From a virus (Duplodnaviria > Caudoviricetes), in the IMG/VR virus record IMGVR_UViG_3300020360_000085, positions 128,001 to 192,000 of that record: DNA of 64,000 bases, one strand, 5' to 3'. A program made the position numbers and the translations under genes. Shown here piece by piece: positions 55,909 through 63,998 of this stretch. Each line of letters starts with the position of its first letter. The stretch's first letter is position 1. The notes below the pieces were generated by a model, which was given only the letters and a program-made list of their open reading frames with translations, was not told the DNA's origin and did no database searches.

Positions 55909-58335
55909 ATTAAATCTAAATCCTAACTGATAAATTTCTCTATTTTCAGTATCTAATTCAGCAGTTAAGTAAAATATTCCAAATGTATGTGTAAATCCAA
56001 ATTTGCCTACATATAAATCTTCTTTATGAGAATAATTTAAATTATTGTAACTTAGATAAGGATTATTTGAAAAAATAATATCTATTTTTCTAGTTTCGTA
56101 ATATTCTGCACCTAATGAAATATATGTATTACCTAATTTAGATTTAAAAACTTTTCCTATATCTGCAAATAAACTTCCTACAGTCATATCAAACTCATCT
56201 ACATGAACATTAAAGGTACTTTCTTCCTCTGTAAACTCTTTTACTTTACTTTGATGTACTGTAAAACCAATTTTACCAAATAATGTATCTGTGAATCCAT
56301 GTGTATATTCCATAAACATATTAATAGACTCTAATTCTAAATCTGCATTACCTATGCCGTACCATTTAGTTTTATTTGTTCCTACAAAATTATTTGTACT
56401 TAAACTTATTCCTGCATGAATGTTATCTTTACTTTCAAAATCAATACCTATAACTGATCCATTATATCTACCTGAAAAATCACCTACATATAATCCATAT
56501 CCATTATCATTACTGTAACTGTAGCCTATCATATTTGTATTATCTACAATTTTACCAAATAAATTATTGCCTTTAGTTTGATTTCTTAAATCATTTAAAA
56601 TCATTGTGCTTCTAAAAACACTATTTGCATAGCCTAATGGCTTTGTTACAATATCGTGTTGCATTTCAGCAAAAGGAGGATCTAAAACTTGGAAAAATGT
56701 TGCAGTTCTATAACTGTCATTATTATTTTCTCTCCAACCAATAAAATCGTACCAGTATTCCCCGTCTATTTCAACAGGATGATATTGATTTCCATTGTTA
56801 AATCTAGGAAAATCATTATATAATCTAAATGTATTACCGTCATTTAGTAAAACATAAGTTTCACTATTACTATCTACAATGTCTAAATCTCCATCATTAT
56901 CAAAATCTACAATAGTAAGATAGCCTTCTCCGTTCCATAAATTAGGATTGTTTAAACCACCATTTGCATAAGTTGTATCTCCATATTGATTTGTAACATC
57001 TGTAAAACTATTGCCTCCATTGTTTTTAAAGAATTGTATCATTCTTCCTGTGTAATATGGATTATGCTTTGTACTGGCAACTACAATATCTAGAAAGCCA
57101 TCATTATCAAAATCAATAACAGCCATACTATTTGCATTACCGTTTTCGCCATAAAAGTTATCTGGTAGTTCTAACCAAGGTCTATTTCTCCAATCATTAT
57201 TTCCGTCATTAAAAAATACTGCACCTGCACTATTTTCAAATGTTTCTCCAAAGCCATATTCTTTTGCCCATCCTGGATTAAACCAACCCACAGAAACATC
57301 TCCATGGCCATCATTATCAAAGTCTCCTATTGCGGCCGTTGTCGCCCACAATCTTTTACCATGATCTAATCCAACTGTATAAGGTTCAGGTATTGAAGGA
57401 AAATTTTGATTTGTTATAAAGTTTCCTGTGCCGTCATTTATTAGCATTGTAAAAGGCACTTGTTTATGATCCCAAGTATATCTATTTACAGGGAGAAAAA
57501 TATCAACATCTCCGTCGCCCTCACTATCTCCTATAGCAATATCGTGTGACCACATAGGACCAATGTCTGTATTAAAAAAGAAGTCATGTGGTAAGTTTGT
57601 GTGGCTCACATCAACTAATTTACCATTATTACTTAAAATAAGTTTACTTACAGAAAAGAAATCGTCTATTCCATCTCCATTAAAATCTGCAACTGCAGGA
57701 TTTCTAAAAGTACCACTCCAACCACAATCTCTAAAAGGATCACCTTGTGCTTCTTGTGTTGTAAATTGCAAATTAGGTCCTCTTCCGTATAAACAAGGAG
57801 CACCGCCCTCAAAAATATCTTGTCTTAGTTCAAAATGACCTGTACCATCATTTATCCACGCCATGAGTGTAGATTCTGGCACATAGTCTTCGTCTCCTCC
57901 ATACCACATCCACAAATAAAAGTCCCAATGCCCATCTCCGTTAAGATCTGCTTGTCTAACCATGCCATCAGATACAAATGCAGTTGGAGTATTACCAGCA
58001 GTACCACAATCATCAATTGTACAACCATTATGTTGACCATATATTGTAGTTTGCAAAAAACCATAATCTGCTATCTTATATTTTTCTGTAGGTGCAGGTA
58101 GTCCTGATGTAGTAAATGGTGTCATAGTATGTACAACTTTTATTTCATCACTATAACCATCAATGTCAACACTTGTAACAATTTCCCAATCATCAAATGG
58201 AATACGTTTATCAGTGTTTGTCGTTGTGCCTCCGCTTGTTGGAGGTGTAGGTGTTTCTGTAGAAGAACCTCCTCCGCTACTAGCACAGGCGGTCATTAAA
58301 AGTATAATTAAAACACTAGCAATATTCTTTAACAT
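55900..58335 (-). CDS. Lipoprotein with FG-GAP/VCBS repeats and C-terminal beta-barrel-like domain (autotransporter-like)
   Basis: Signal peptide with lipobox MTA|C17, Ser/Gly/Thr/Pro linker, six D(F/L/S)xxDGxxD repeats, C-terminal amphipathic strands ending YQLGFRFNLK. Confidence 0.7.
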   Translation of the reverse strand: MLKNIASVLIILLMTACASSGGGSSTETPTPPTSGGTTTNTDKRIPFDDWEIVTSVDIDGYSDEIKVVHTMTPFTTSGLPAPTEKYKIADYGFLQTTIYGQHNGCTIDDCGTAGNTPTAFVSDGMVRQADLNGDGHWDFYLWMWYGGDEDYVPESTLMAWINDGTGHFELRQDIFEGGAPCLYGRGPNLQFTTQEAQGDPFRDCGWSGTFRNPAVADFNGDGIDDFFSVSKLILSNNGKLVDVSHTNLPHDFFFNTDIGPMWSHDIAIGDSEGDGDVDIFLPVNRYTWDHKQVPFTMLINDGTGNFITNQNFPSIPEPYTVGLDHGKRLWATTAAIGDFDNDGHGDVSVGWFNPGWAKEYGFGETFENSAGAVFFNDGNNDWRNRPWLELPDNFYGENGNANSMAVIDFDNDGFLDIVVASTKHNPYYTGRMIQFFKNNGGNSFTDVTNQYGDTTYANGGLNNPNLWNGEGYLTIVDFDNDGDLDIVDSNSETYVLLNDGNTFRLYNDFPRFNNGNQYHPVEIDGEYWYDFIGWRENNNDSYRTATFFQVLDPPFAEMQHDIVTKPLGYANSVFRSTMILNDLRNQTKGNNLFGKIVDNTNMIGYSYSNDNGYGLYVGDFSGRYNGSVIGIDFESKDNIHAGISLSTNNFVGTNKTKWYGIGNADLELESINMFMEYTHGFTDTLFGKIGFTVHQSKVKEFTEEESTFNVHVDEFDMTVGSLFADIGKVFKSKLGNTYISLGAEYYETRKIDIIFSNNPYLSYNNLNYSHKEDLYVGKFGFTHTFGIFYLTAELDTENREIYQLGFRFNLK

Positions 58336-58645
58336 GTTTACAAGTCCCCCTAAAAGTGAATCCAGGACAAGTGCAAGTGCCCTTTTCTGTATCTATATGA
58401 TAAATGTTTCCTTTAGAACCTGTAACCTGTATAATATGACTTTGTAATTCCTCAGGTCTCTCTCCAATTTTTTTAAACTTACGTCTTGATTTACTAAATT
58501 GTGTGCTAGGCACATTTAATACTTGTACTTCAGAATCTATGTTTGGTTGATATGCTATTAGTTTACCTGCAGAGTTTATATGGTAAATGCCATTGTTTAC
58601 TTTGTACTTACCCCAATCAGTAACTTCTTGTAATATCTCGATCAT
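58316..58645 (-). CDS. SWIM zinc-finger protein
   Basis: C-terminal CTCPGFTFRGTCKH (CxC...CKH); strong SD AAGGAG. Confidence 0.8.
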   Translation of the reverse strand: MIEILQEVTDWGKYKVNNGIYHINSAGKLIAYQPNIDSEVQVLNVPSTQFSKSRRKFKKIGERPEELQSHIIQVTGSKGNIYHIDTEKGTCTCPGFTFRGTCKHVKEYC

Positions 58646-58703
58646 AATTTACTCCTTACCTTAAATTATTAGTATATTATAGCAAATTATATGTAAAAGT
58701 CAA
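58643..58703 (-). promoter_or_regulatory. Early sigma70-type promoter (TTGACT-N16-TATAAT, extended -10 TGc) plus conserved leader/RBS
   Basis: -35 at 58703..58698, -10 at 58681..58676; 27 bp of leader/RBS/ATG identical to 60590..60616. Confidence 0.75.
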
Positions 58704-58713
58704 GCAGATTTAC

Positions 58714-58720
58714 ATAAATA
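58714..58720 (+). promoter_or_regulatory. Late promoter motif ATAAATA (leadered)
   Basis: Intergenic, back-to-back with the early promoter, upstream of SD CAGGAG and ATG 58797. Confidence 0.55.
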
Positions 58721-58796
58721 CGGGTACATCACAAACAACCCCACACAGAAATTTGCAAATTTTTATGTATATACACATAAACAACAGGAGAAATTT

Positions 58797-59384
58797 ATGT
58801 ATTATTCAGAATCAATGATTCAGATGGTCGAGGATTTACATGCTCAAGCATCTGCAATGGAGAAAGAAGTAAAGCATATGATGGAACTTGAAGGTCGTGC
58901 ATTAGGTATAGAATTAGACAAAAGAAAAAGTCCAAGAGATTTATACAACGAACTTATGGAACATCAAAATGCTAAGGCAGAAGAAGAAGCAATGACATGG
59001 GCATACGTTCCATGCCAAATGGCAGAAGAAGATCCTAATTGCTATCCAGCAGATAGTTTTGATCATTCTTATGATGACCATGCTGAAGTTCATGTTGAAG
59101 AGGAAGCCTGTGTGCATGTTGAAGAACATGTAATTGAAAGCGAAGCACCCGCAGATATGCCGGTAGAAGAACATGTAGAACCTGCACCAGCAGAAGAGCA
59201 TGTTGAGCCTGCACCTGTAGAGGAACATATGGAACCTGCTCCAGTAATGGAAGAGGCACCAATGGAAGAACATGTAGAACCTGCACCAGCAGAAGAGCAT
59301 GTTGAAGCACCAGCAGTTCAAGAACCAGGTTTTGACGCAAGTGCAGAAGCACCTGCAGAAGACCCTAATCAACCAGCAGGTTAA
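58797..59384 (+). CDS. Acidic, His/Pro-rich repeat protein (EEHVEPAP repeats)
   Basis: Strong SD; helical-looking N-terminus; C-terminal half has P(A/V/M)EEH(V/M)EPA repeats and no Lys or Arg. Confidence 0.75.
   Translation: MYYSESMIQMVEDLHAQASAMEKEVKHMMELEGRALGIELDKRKSPRDLYNELMEHQNAKAEEEAMTWAYVPCQMAEEDPNCYPADSFDHSYDDHAEVHVEEEACVHVEEHVIESEAPADMPVEEHVEPAPAEEHVEPAPVEEHMEPAPVMEEAPMEEHVEPAPAEEHVEAPAVQEPGFDASAEAPAEDPNQPAG
59166..59305 (+). repeat. Coding tandem repeat containing an exact 41-bp direct repeat
   Basis: gaagaacatgtagaacctgcaccagcagaagagcatgttga at 59166..59206 and 59265..59305. Confidence 0.9.
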
Positions 59385-59390
59385 TTAGTC

Positions 59391-59417
59391 AAAAAAAAGG
59401 CCCCGTTGAGGGGCCTT
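59391..59417 (-). terminator. Rho-independent terminator between convergent genes
   Basis: AAGGCCCC-gttga-GGGGCCTT hairpin preceded by an A run on +, which is a U tract on the minus strand. Confidence 0.75.
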
Positions 59418-59479
59418 CTAAAATCCGTGTGCCTTAGGTAGGGAGTAACATAGGTAGGCGCACAAGGATTTTAAACCGT

Positions 59480-60592
59480 TTACACGATATATTTAATGTA
59501 TCTTTTACTGAAAGTCTCCCTTAACTCTTCAGTAAGATCAGTTCTTACATTAAACTTGATTTGATAGTCCTTCATAATTGTTCTAAATAAGAACACAACC
59601 ATTTCAGGTTCAAAGTTATCAAAACTAAACTTTACAATATTGTTAAGTCCTTTTTTCAACTCATCTGAGAAGACACCTTCATTTTTTTCGTATCTTTCAT
59701 TAAGTTCGTATGCAAGTCCTACTACTAGTGAGTATTTTGCACTGATTTCTGAACTAACTTTATTATCCAGTTTTTTAACTTTACCATCTAATACCTGATC
59801 AGGATTTGGCAAATGTTGTGCAACTTTTCTGTGCTCAACAAATTTAATTGCCATACCTTCTCCTATAGCACCTGCAATCTCGGCTTTTTGCTCGAAATTA
59901 CTAGCATTATCAAAACCATCTGCTCCTAGCATTTCACTAACAAAAGTCCAACTTCTTGGTGTAGCGAATGCTTGGGAACTAGATTTTGCATCAAAGTCAA
60001 ACAAGTCACCTTTACTGTAAGTTAAATAACCTACAACATCAGGGTGTACATTGTTATTAACCGCCCATTGTTGCCAATCATCAAAATTGACGTCCATGTT
60101 GATGTGACGGAATCTGTTTGCCAACGGTGCCGGCATACGGAAAGTTACACCTCTGTCTGTTTCACGGTTACCTGCCGCAACAATTCTTACATTATCAGGT
60201 AAAACATATTGTCCTACTTTTCTGTTAAGAACTAATTGGTAAGCCGCCGCCTGTACACTAGGAGGTGCTGAATTCAACTCATCTAGGAAAAGTACCACAG
60301 TATCAAATTCACTTGCGAATTCCATACTAGGTAGGTCACTTGGAGGGGACCATTCCATTAAGTTGCTTTCTGGATTTCTAAAAGGATATCCTCTTAGATC
60401 AGTTGGTTCAAGAAGTGCTAAACGCATATCTATCATAGTAGCATTACCTATTTCGCCACTATTAACAATTTGTTCAACAAGTTCTGATTTGCCTATTCCT
60501 GGTGCTCCCCAGATAAAAATAGGCCTGTTTACTTGAAGTGCCCTCTTAATGATAGGCTTTACTTCAGTTGCTCTAGTTTTTAAAGTTTCCAT
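59480..60592 (-). CDS. MoxR/dynein-related AAA+ ATPase (AAA_5-like)
   Basis: WGAPGIGKS Walker A, LFLDELN Walker B, AAGNR sensor 1, LANRF Arg finger, TPRSW sensor 2. Confidence 0.88.
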   Translation of the reverse strand: METLKTRATEVKPIIKRALQVNRPIFIWGAPGIGKSELVEQIVNSGEIGNATMIDMRLALLEPTDLRGYPFRNPESNLMEWSPPSDLPSMEFASEFDTVVLFLDELNSAPPSVQAAAYQLVLNRKVGQYVLPDNVRIVAAGNRETDRGVTFRMPAPLANRFRHINMDVNFDDWQQWAVNNNVHPDVVGYLTYSKGDLFDFDAKSSSQAFATPRSWTFVSEMLGADGFDNASNFEQKAEIAGAIGEGMAIKFVEHRKVAQHLPNPDQVLDGKVKKLDNKVSSEISAKYSLVVGLAYELNERYEKNEGVFSDELKKGLNNIVKFSFDNFEPEMVVFLFRTIMKDYQIKFNVRTDLTEELRETFSKRYIKYIV

Positions 60593-60681
60593 AATTTACT
60601 CCTTACCTTAAATTATGTATATATAATAGCACAAAAATAGGTCTTGTCAACACTTTTTTTAACTTTTTTTTAACTTTTTTT
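60590..60681 (-). promoter_or_regulatory. Early sigma70-type promoter (TTGACA-N16-TATTAT, extended -10 TGc) with phased A-tracts and conserved leader
   Basis: -35 at 60650..60645, -10 at 60628..60623; A-tracts at 60654-60660, 60664-60671 and 60675-60681; 27-bp leader identical to 58643..58669. Confidence 0.75.
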
Positions 60682-61117
60682 ACTGAATTATGTCGATAAA
60701 CGATTCTATATCGTTTCCATTGAGTTTATACCAACTAGCATCTTCGCGATTATAGAGAACCATTTTTTTCTTAGTAAAATAGTAAGGCCATTGCATTTGA
60801 TTATCTAAAACAAGATACATTCTGGGTGTAGGCATAATAGAATGATTAAATTCAAAATATTCAAAATTACGTTTTAGTAATTCATTACCTAAATGTGTAA
60901 GTCTTAAACCTTGTGGCTGTCCTCTACGAACTCTGAAATTTTGAAATATTTTATATCCTAACTTGTCTTTGGGTATAGATTTAAATACTTCATAATGTTT
61001 ACTATTTTTAGGAATGCCTGGTATTCTAGATGAATTTTTAAGTAACCCTTCTTTGATAATTTTGTAAATTGTGTCTATTACTTTATATTGTAACGGTTGT
61101 TCACTTTTTGAGTTCAT
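60680..61117 (-). CDS. Hypothetical protein
   Basis: Start moved to MNSKSEQ (ATG 61117), overlapping the end of the upstream gene. Confidence 0.6.
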   Translation of the reverse strand: MNSKSEQPLQYKVIDTIYKIIKEGLLKNSSRIPGIPKNSKHYEVFKSIPKDKLGYKIFQNFRVRRGQPQGLRLTHLGNELLKRNFEYFEFNHSIMPTPRMYLVLDNQMQWPYYFTKKKMVLYNREDASWYKLNGNDIESFIDIIQ

Positions 61118-61403
61118 CTTCAGAGACTTCAGGTCCTTTGACCATTTGACAAACTTTAAAATCATCACAAGAAAAAATATTATTAAGTCTTTCTGCTAGA
61201 TTAAAGGCATGTCCAGGATTACTAAATGAAACTTTTTTGTATTTAGGGCCAGGATAACTTACTAACGTATGTAATGTTCTTAAATTGATAGGTGTGTCTT
61301 TATAGAATACACTAAAAATCGCACTTGCTTCTAGCACTTGTTCTGCCTTGTAAGTTTGTTTATTAATTGCTTCTAGCAATACTGTTGGTTTAGGTCTGCT
61401 CAT
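61101..61403 (-). CDS. Hypothetical phage protein (100 aa)
   Basis: SD AGGAG; ATAAATA motif at 61431..61425 upstream; function unknown. Confidence 0.7.
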   Translation of the reverse strand: MSRPKPTVLLEAINKQTYKAEQVLEASAIFSVFYKDTPINLRTLHTLVSYPGPKYKKVSFSNPGHAFNLAERLNNIFSCDDFKVCQMVKGPEVSEDELKK

Positions 61404-61424
61404 GTGTATAGTCTCCTATACACT

Positions 61425-61431
61425 TATTTAT
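61425..61431 (-). promoter_or_regulatory. Late promoter motif ATAAATA (leadered)
   Basis: Intergenic, upstream of SD AGGAG and ATG 61403. Confidence 0.5.
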
Positions 61432-61461
61432 CTTATTTTGCTATTAAAACTGTTGTTAATA

Positions 61462-61695
61462 TTAGGAATCTTGCTTATCAACAAGTGCTTTAAACTCAGT
61501 AAAACCGCCTATTGATTGCCCTTCAACAACGATTTGAGGGAATGTTCTTGCAGTAGGAAATTTTTCCATTAATTCTTCTCTTGTAAAATCATCAAAAAGC
61601 ATTTTATAAGTGTAATCGAATCCTTTTTGTTCACATACAGCCTTGGCCATATCACAATAAGGACATTCAGGTTTGCTCCAAATTTCTACTTTCAT
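61462..61695 (-). CDS. Glutaredoxin
   Basis: CPYC active site, TFPQI, IGGFTE. Confidence 0.92.
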   Translation of the reverse strand: MKVEIWSKPECPYCDMAKAVCEQKGFDYTYKMLFDDFTREELMEKFPTARTFPQIVVEGQSIGGFTEFKALVDKQDS

Positions 61696-61699
61696 ATTA

Positions 61700-61972
61700 T
61701 TATTTATTATATTCTATTAATAGTTTTACATTAATTAGATCTGTTTCTAATTCAAATGAGAGATAACAATTTTGATTTTCATACCAGTCATCTCTGGTGT
61801 AATCCATATCTTTATGAGGTCTAAAATGCCAACCCCATTTACCTTCGCATAATTTATGAATTTGTGGTATTAAACTTCCAGATAATCCGTATGTTCTAGT
61901 TTTTATTTGATGTTTAAATATGTGATTATAACCGTAACCGTCTGGTAGTTCTAATTCGCTATACTTAGTCAC
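61700..61972 (-). CDS. Hypothetical protein (90 aa)
   Basis: Coupled ORF in the minus-strand operon. Confidence 0.6.
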   Translation of the reverse strand: MTKYSELELPDGYGYNHIFKHQIKTRTYGLSGSLIPQIHKLCEGKWGWHFRPHKDMDYTRDDWYENQNCYLSFELETDLINVKLLIEYNK

Positions 61973-62486
61973 TATGCTTTCTTAATTCTTTATTTAGAAG
62001 TTTAAGTGCTTGTCTGCATTCTATTTCTGTTTTATAAGGTCCTTCAAAACCATAATTTACAATAGTAGAATACTTAGGCCCATTTGCATGTTTCCAGCCT
62101 TTATCAAACTTAATACAATACCAACCTGCCGCATAATAGATATCGCTATCTGATGTTTTACTAAACAAAGGTACGTCTGGATTGTAATCTGGGTGCCCAA
62201 AGTCTATAGGATACGGATTGGGATAATCAACTTTATGTCCTTTAATATAAAATTCTTCTATAAAGTTTTCAGGCATTTCAATTTGTTCACTAAACAAGTT
62301 TACATTACCAAAATAATCAGTAACTTCTTGTTCATCGTTTAGAGCAACAAATTCTTTACCTGTTATATAGAAATAATGTTCCTGTATATCCTTATTTAAA
62401 ATACCTAATTTTCTTGGTCCTTGTCTTACAAGCCAAGCAACGTCAGATATTTGTTGTAATTGTGCTTTATTTTTTAATTTAGTCAT
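61965..62486 (-). CDS. Hypothetical protein (173 aa)
   Basis: Coupled ORF with YYAAGWY...GP(Y)KTE segment; no function recognised. Confidence 0.65.
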   Translation of the reverse strand: MTKLKNKAQLQQISDVAWLVRQGPRKLGILNKDIQEHYFYITGKEFVALNDEQEVTDYFGNVNLFSEQIEMPENFIEEFYIKGHKVDYPNPYPIDFGHPDYNPDVPLFSKTSDSDIYYAAGWYCIKFDKGWKHANGPKYSTIVNYGFEGPYKTEIECRQALKLLNKELRKHSD

Positions 62487-62715
62487 GTGTTATCTCCTGT
62501 GTTCCGTAGTCCCTATCAACGGCAACTACTGTTCCGTCTATAGAATATAATTGTTTAATAGGCTGTCCTTTTATATCTTTAAAATGTTCAGGACAGACAT
62601 CTGTTCTCATCGCTCTATAAACACGATTGCCACCATCTGGACTAGTATAAATCCAAAATGGATTCGAAGGCCAATCGTCTGTTAATCTTTTAACTGCTCT
62701 ATCTAACTTGTCCAT
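62479..62715 (-). CDS. Hypothetical protein (78 aa)
   Basis: Coupled ORF; WIYTSPDGG motif; function unknown. Confidence 0.6.
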   Translation of the reverse strand: MDKLDRAVKRLTDDWPSNPFWIYTSPDGGNRVYRAMRTDVCPEHFKDIKGQPIKQLYSIDGTVVAVDRDYGTQEITHD

Positions 62716-63691
62716 TTAAAAACTCAGCATAGGCAGTTGCGTCATCGCTCATTCTTTGTAAGTTCCATTTAGAACAGAACTTCATAAAATGTATTCCGAC
62801 TTGTGTAGCAGGTTCCTTGTTTACTGCATTAGCAACTATTTGTCTTGCTTCTGCTTTTATTTCATCAGGTTGTGCTGTTAAGTCTATTAATATTTTATTT
62901 CTTTCGAAATCGTCTTTTACTCTATGTTCAACTTCTTCATGATCTACCCATCTTTGTAACATAAAGTTATTGTAATTAAACCCGCCAGTATTTCTATCAT
63001 TATATGCTTCTAGTATTCCTGTTTTGTTTTTTGTGCCTTTACTTCTTGCACCTGGATAGGCACTAAATACGTTATCTGAACTATCTCCCCTAACACATTT
63101 TTCAAATAAAACAAATTCAGGATCTATTGCTTTTTTAGGTTCATTTGTTTTTTTATCTATAACAGTCTCTCCTGTTTTAGCATTTTTAAATCCATCTAAA
63201 CTAACTATTTGATCAGTAGTACCATTATATTGTATTACATTATCATCTAATAATTGATAAAAATCACTATCTGTACTTATAATTACATGTTTGTCTTCTG
63301 GGTGTTGTTGTATCCATGTAGCAATTAAGTCATCTGCTTCTGCATTAGACTGTTGTATGACACTACAATTTGTTTTAGCATTAAAAAACTGTATCATATC
63401 ATCATATGCTTCAAAAAATAGTTCATCGTCTTCCATTTGCTTGGGTGTACGTTGGTCCATTGTAACTTTTCTGTTTGCTTTATAAGGCTTGTAAAAGTCT
63501 TTTCTCCAACTTCTGCCTTCTAAACACATTACAACATGATCTCCTTCAAACTCACGCCATACTTTTTTAATACTATTAAACATAATATGCATAGCCATAC
63601 CCACTCGCATATCTATATCTTTACCACCCCCAACATGTTTTGCTCTCATAAACATATTAAGGCTATCTACTAAAATATAAGTCTTACTCAT
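62699..63691 (-). CDS. rnh: T4-type RNase H / 5'-3' exonuclease (FEN-like)
   Basis: ILVDSLN, SWRKDFY..YKANR, EADDLIA, ISTDSDFYQL, GDSSDNV: full acidic active-site set of the T4 RNase H / Pol I 5'-nuclease family. Confidence 0.88.
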   Translation of the reverse strand: MSKTYILVDSLNMFMRAKHVGGGKDIDMRVGMAMHIMFNSIKKVWREFEGDHVVMCLEGRSWRKDFYKPYKANRKVTMDQRTPKQMEDDELFFEAYDDMIQFFNAKTNCSVIQQSNAEADDLIATWIQQHPEDKHVIISTDSDFYQLLDDNVIQYNGTTDQIVSLDGFKNAKTGETVIDKKTNEPKKAIDPEFVLFEKCVRGDSSDNVFSAYPGARSKGTKNKTGILEAYNDRNTGGFNYNNFMLQRWVDHEEVEHRVKDDFERNKILIDLTAQPDEIKAEARQIVANAVNKEPATQVGIHFMKFCSKWNLQRMSDDATAYAEFLNGQVR

Positions 63692-63697
63692 AGTCTA

Positions 63698-63955
63698 TTA
63701 TAATTCCTTCGTATTAATGCCCAAGTCTTCATTTATTATAGCATCAAAAGGAGATTCTTTCAAGTTTTTTTCACGTTTTTCTTCAAAGTTTCTTTTTAAA
63801 TCGTATGTTAAATACTTTGAATAGTTTTCTAATACATATCCAATCTCTTGTGAACTCATATCTTCTATAACTTCTTTTATAACAAAGTCTAACTTTGCAG
63901 ATAATTCTGCAAGTTTAATCTTCGCTGTTGTTTCCAGATTGTTTGATGACGACAT
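63698..63955 (-). CDS. Hypothetical protein (85 aa)
   Basis: ORF ending 7 nt before the rnh start; helical, charged. Confidence 0.5.
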   Translation of the reverse strand: MSSSNNLETTAKIKLAELSAKLDFVIKEVIEDMSSQEIGYVLENYSKYLTYDLKRNFEEKREKNLKESPFDAIINEDLGINTKEL

Positions 63956-63998
63956 CTTGTCCTTCCATTTGCATATCTTCTTGTAGACCGTAATCTTG
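63915..63998 (-). CDS. Possible C-terminal fragment of an upstream gene (...QDYGLQEDMQMEGQDVVIKQSGNNSED*)
   Basis: Open frame from the window edge to TAA at 63917..63915; only 28 codons visible. Confidence 0.35.
   Translation of the reverse strand, partial: QDYGLQEDMQMEGQDVVIKQSGNNSED

Noticed and set aside
59166-59305. 41-bp direct repeat as a possible CRISPR array or att site
   Set aside because: Only two copies, in frame within a coding repeat; no unique spacers, cas genes or integrase.
58941-59372. Cys/Trp/Phe-rich repetitive minus-strand ORFs (143 aa and 105 aa)
   Set aside because: Antisense translations of the EEHVEPAP repeat gene, which has the SD, promoter and terminator support.
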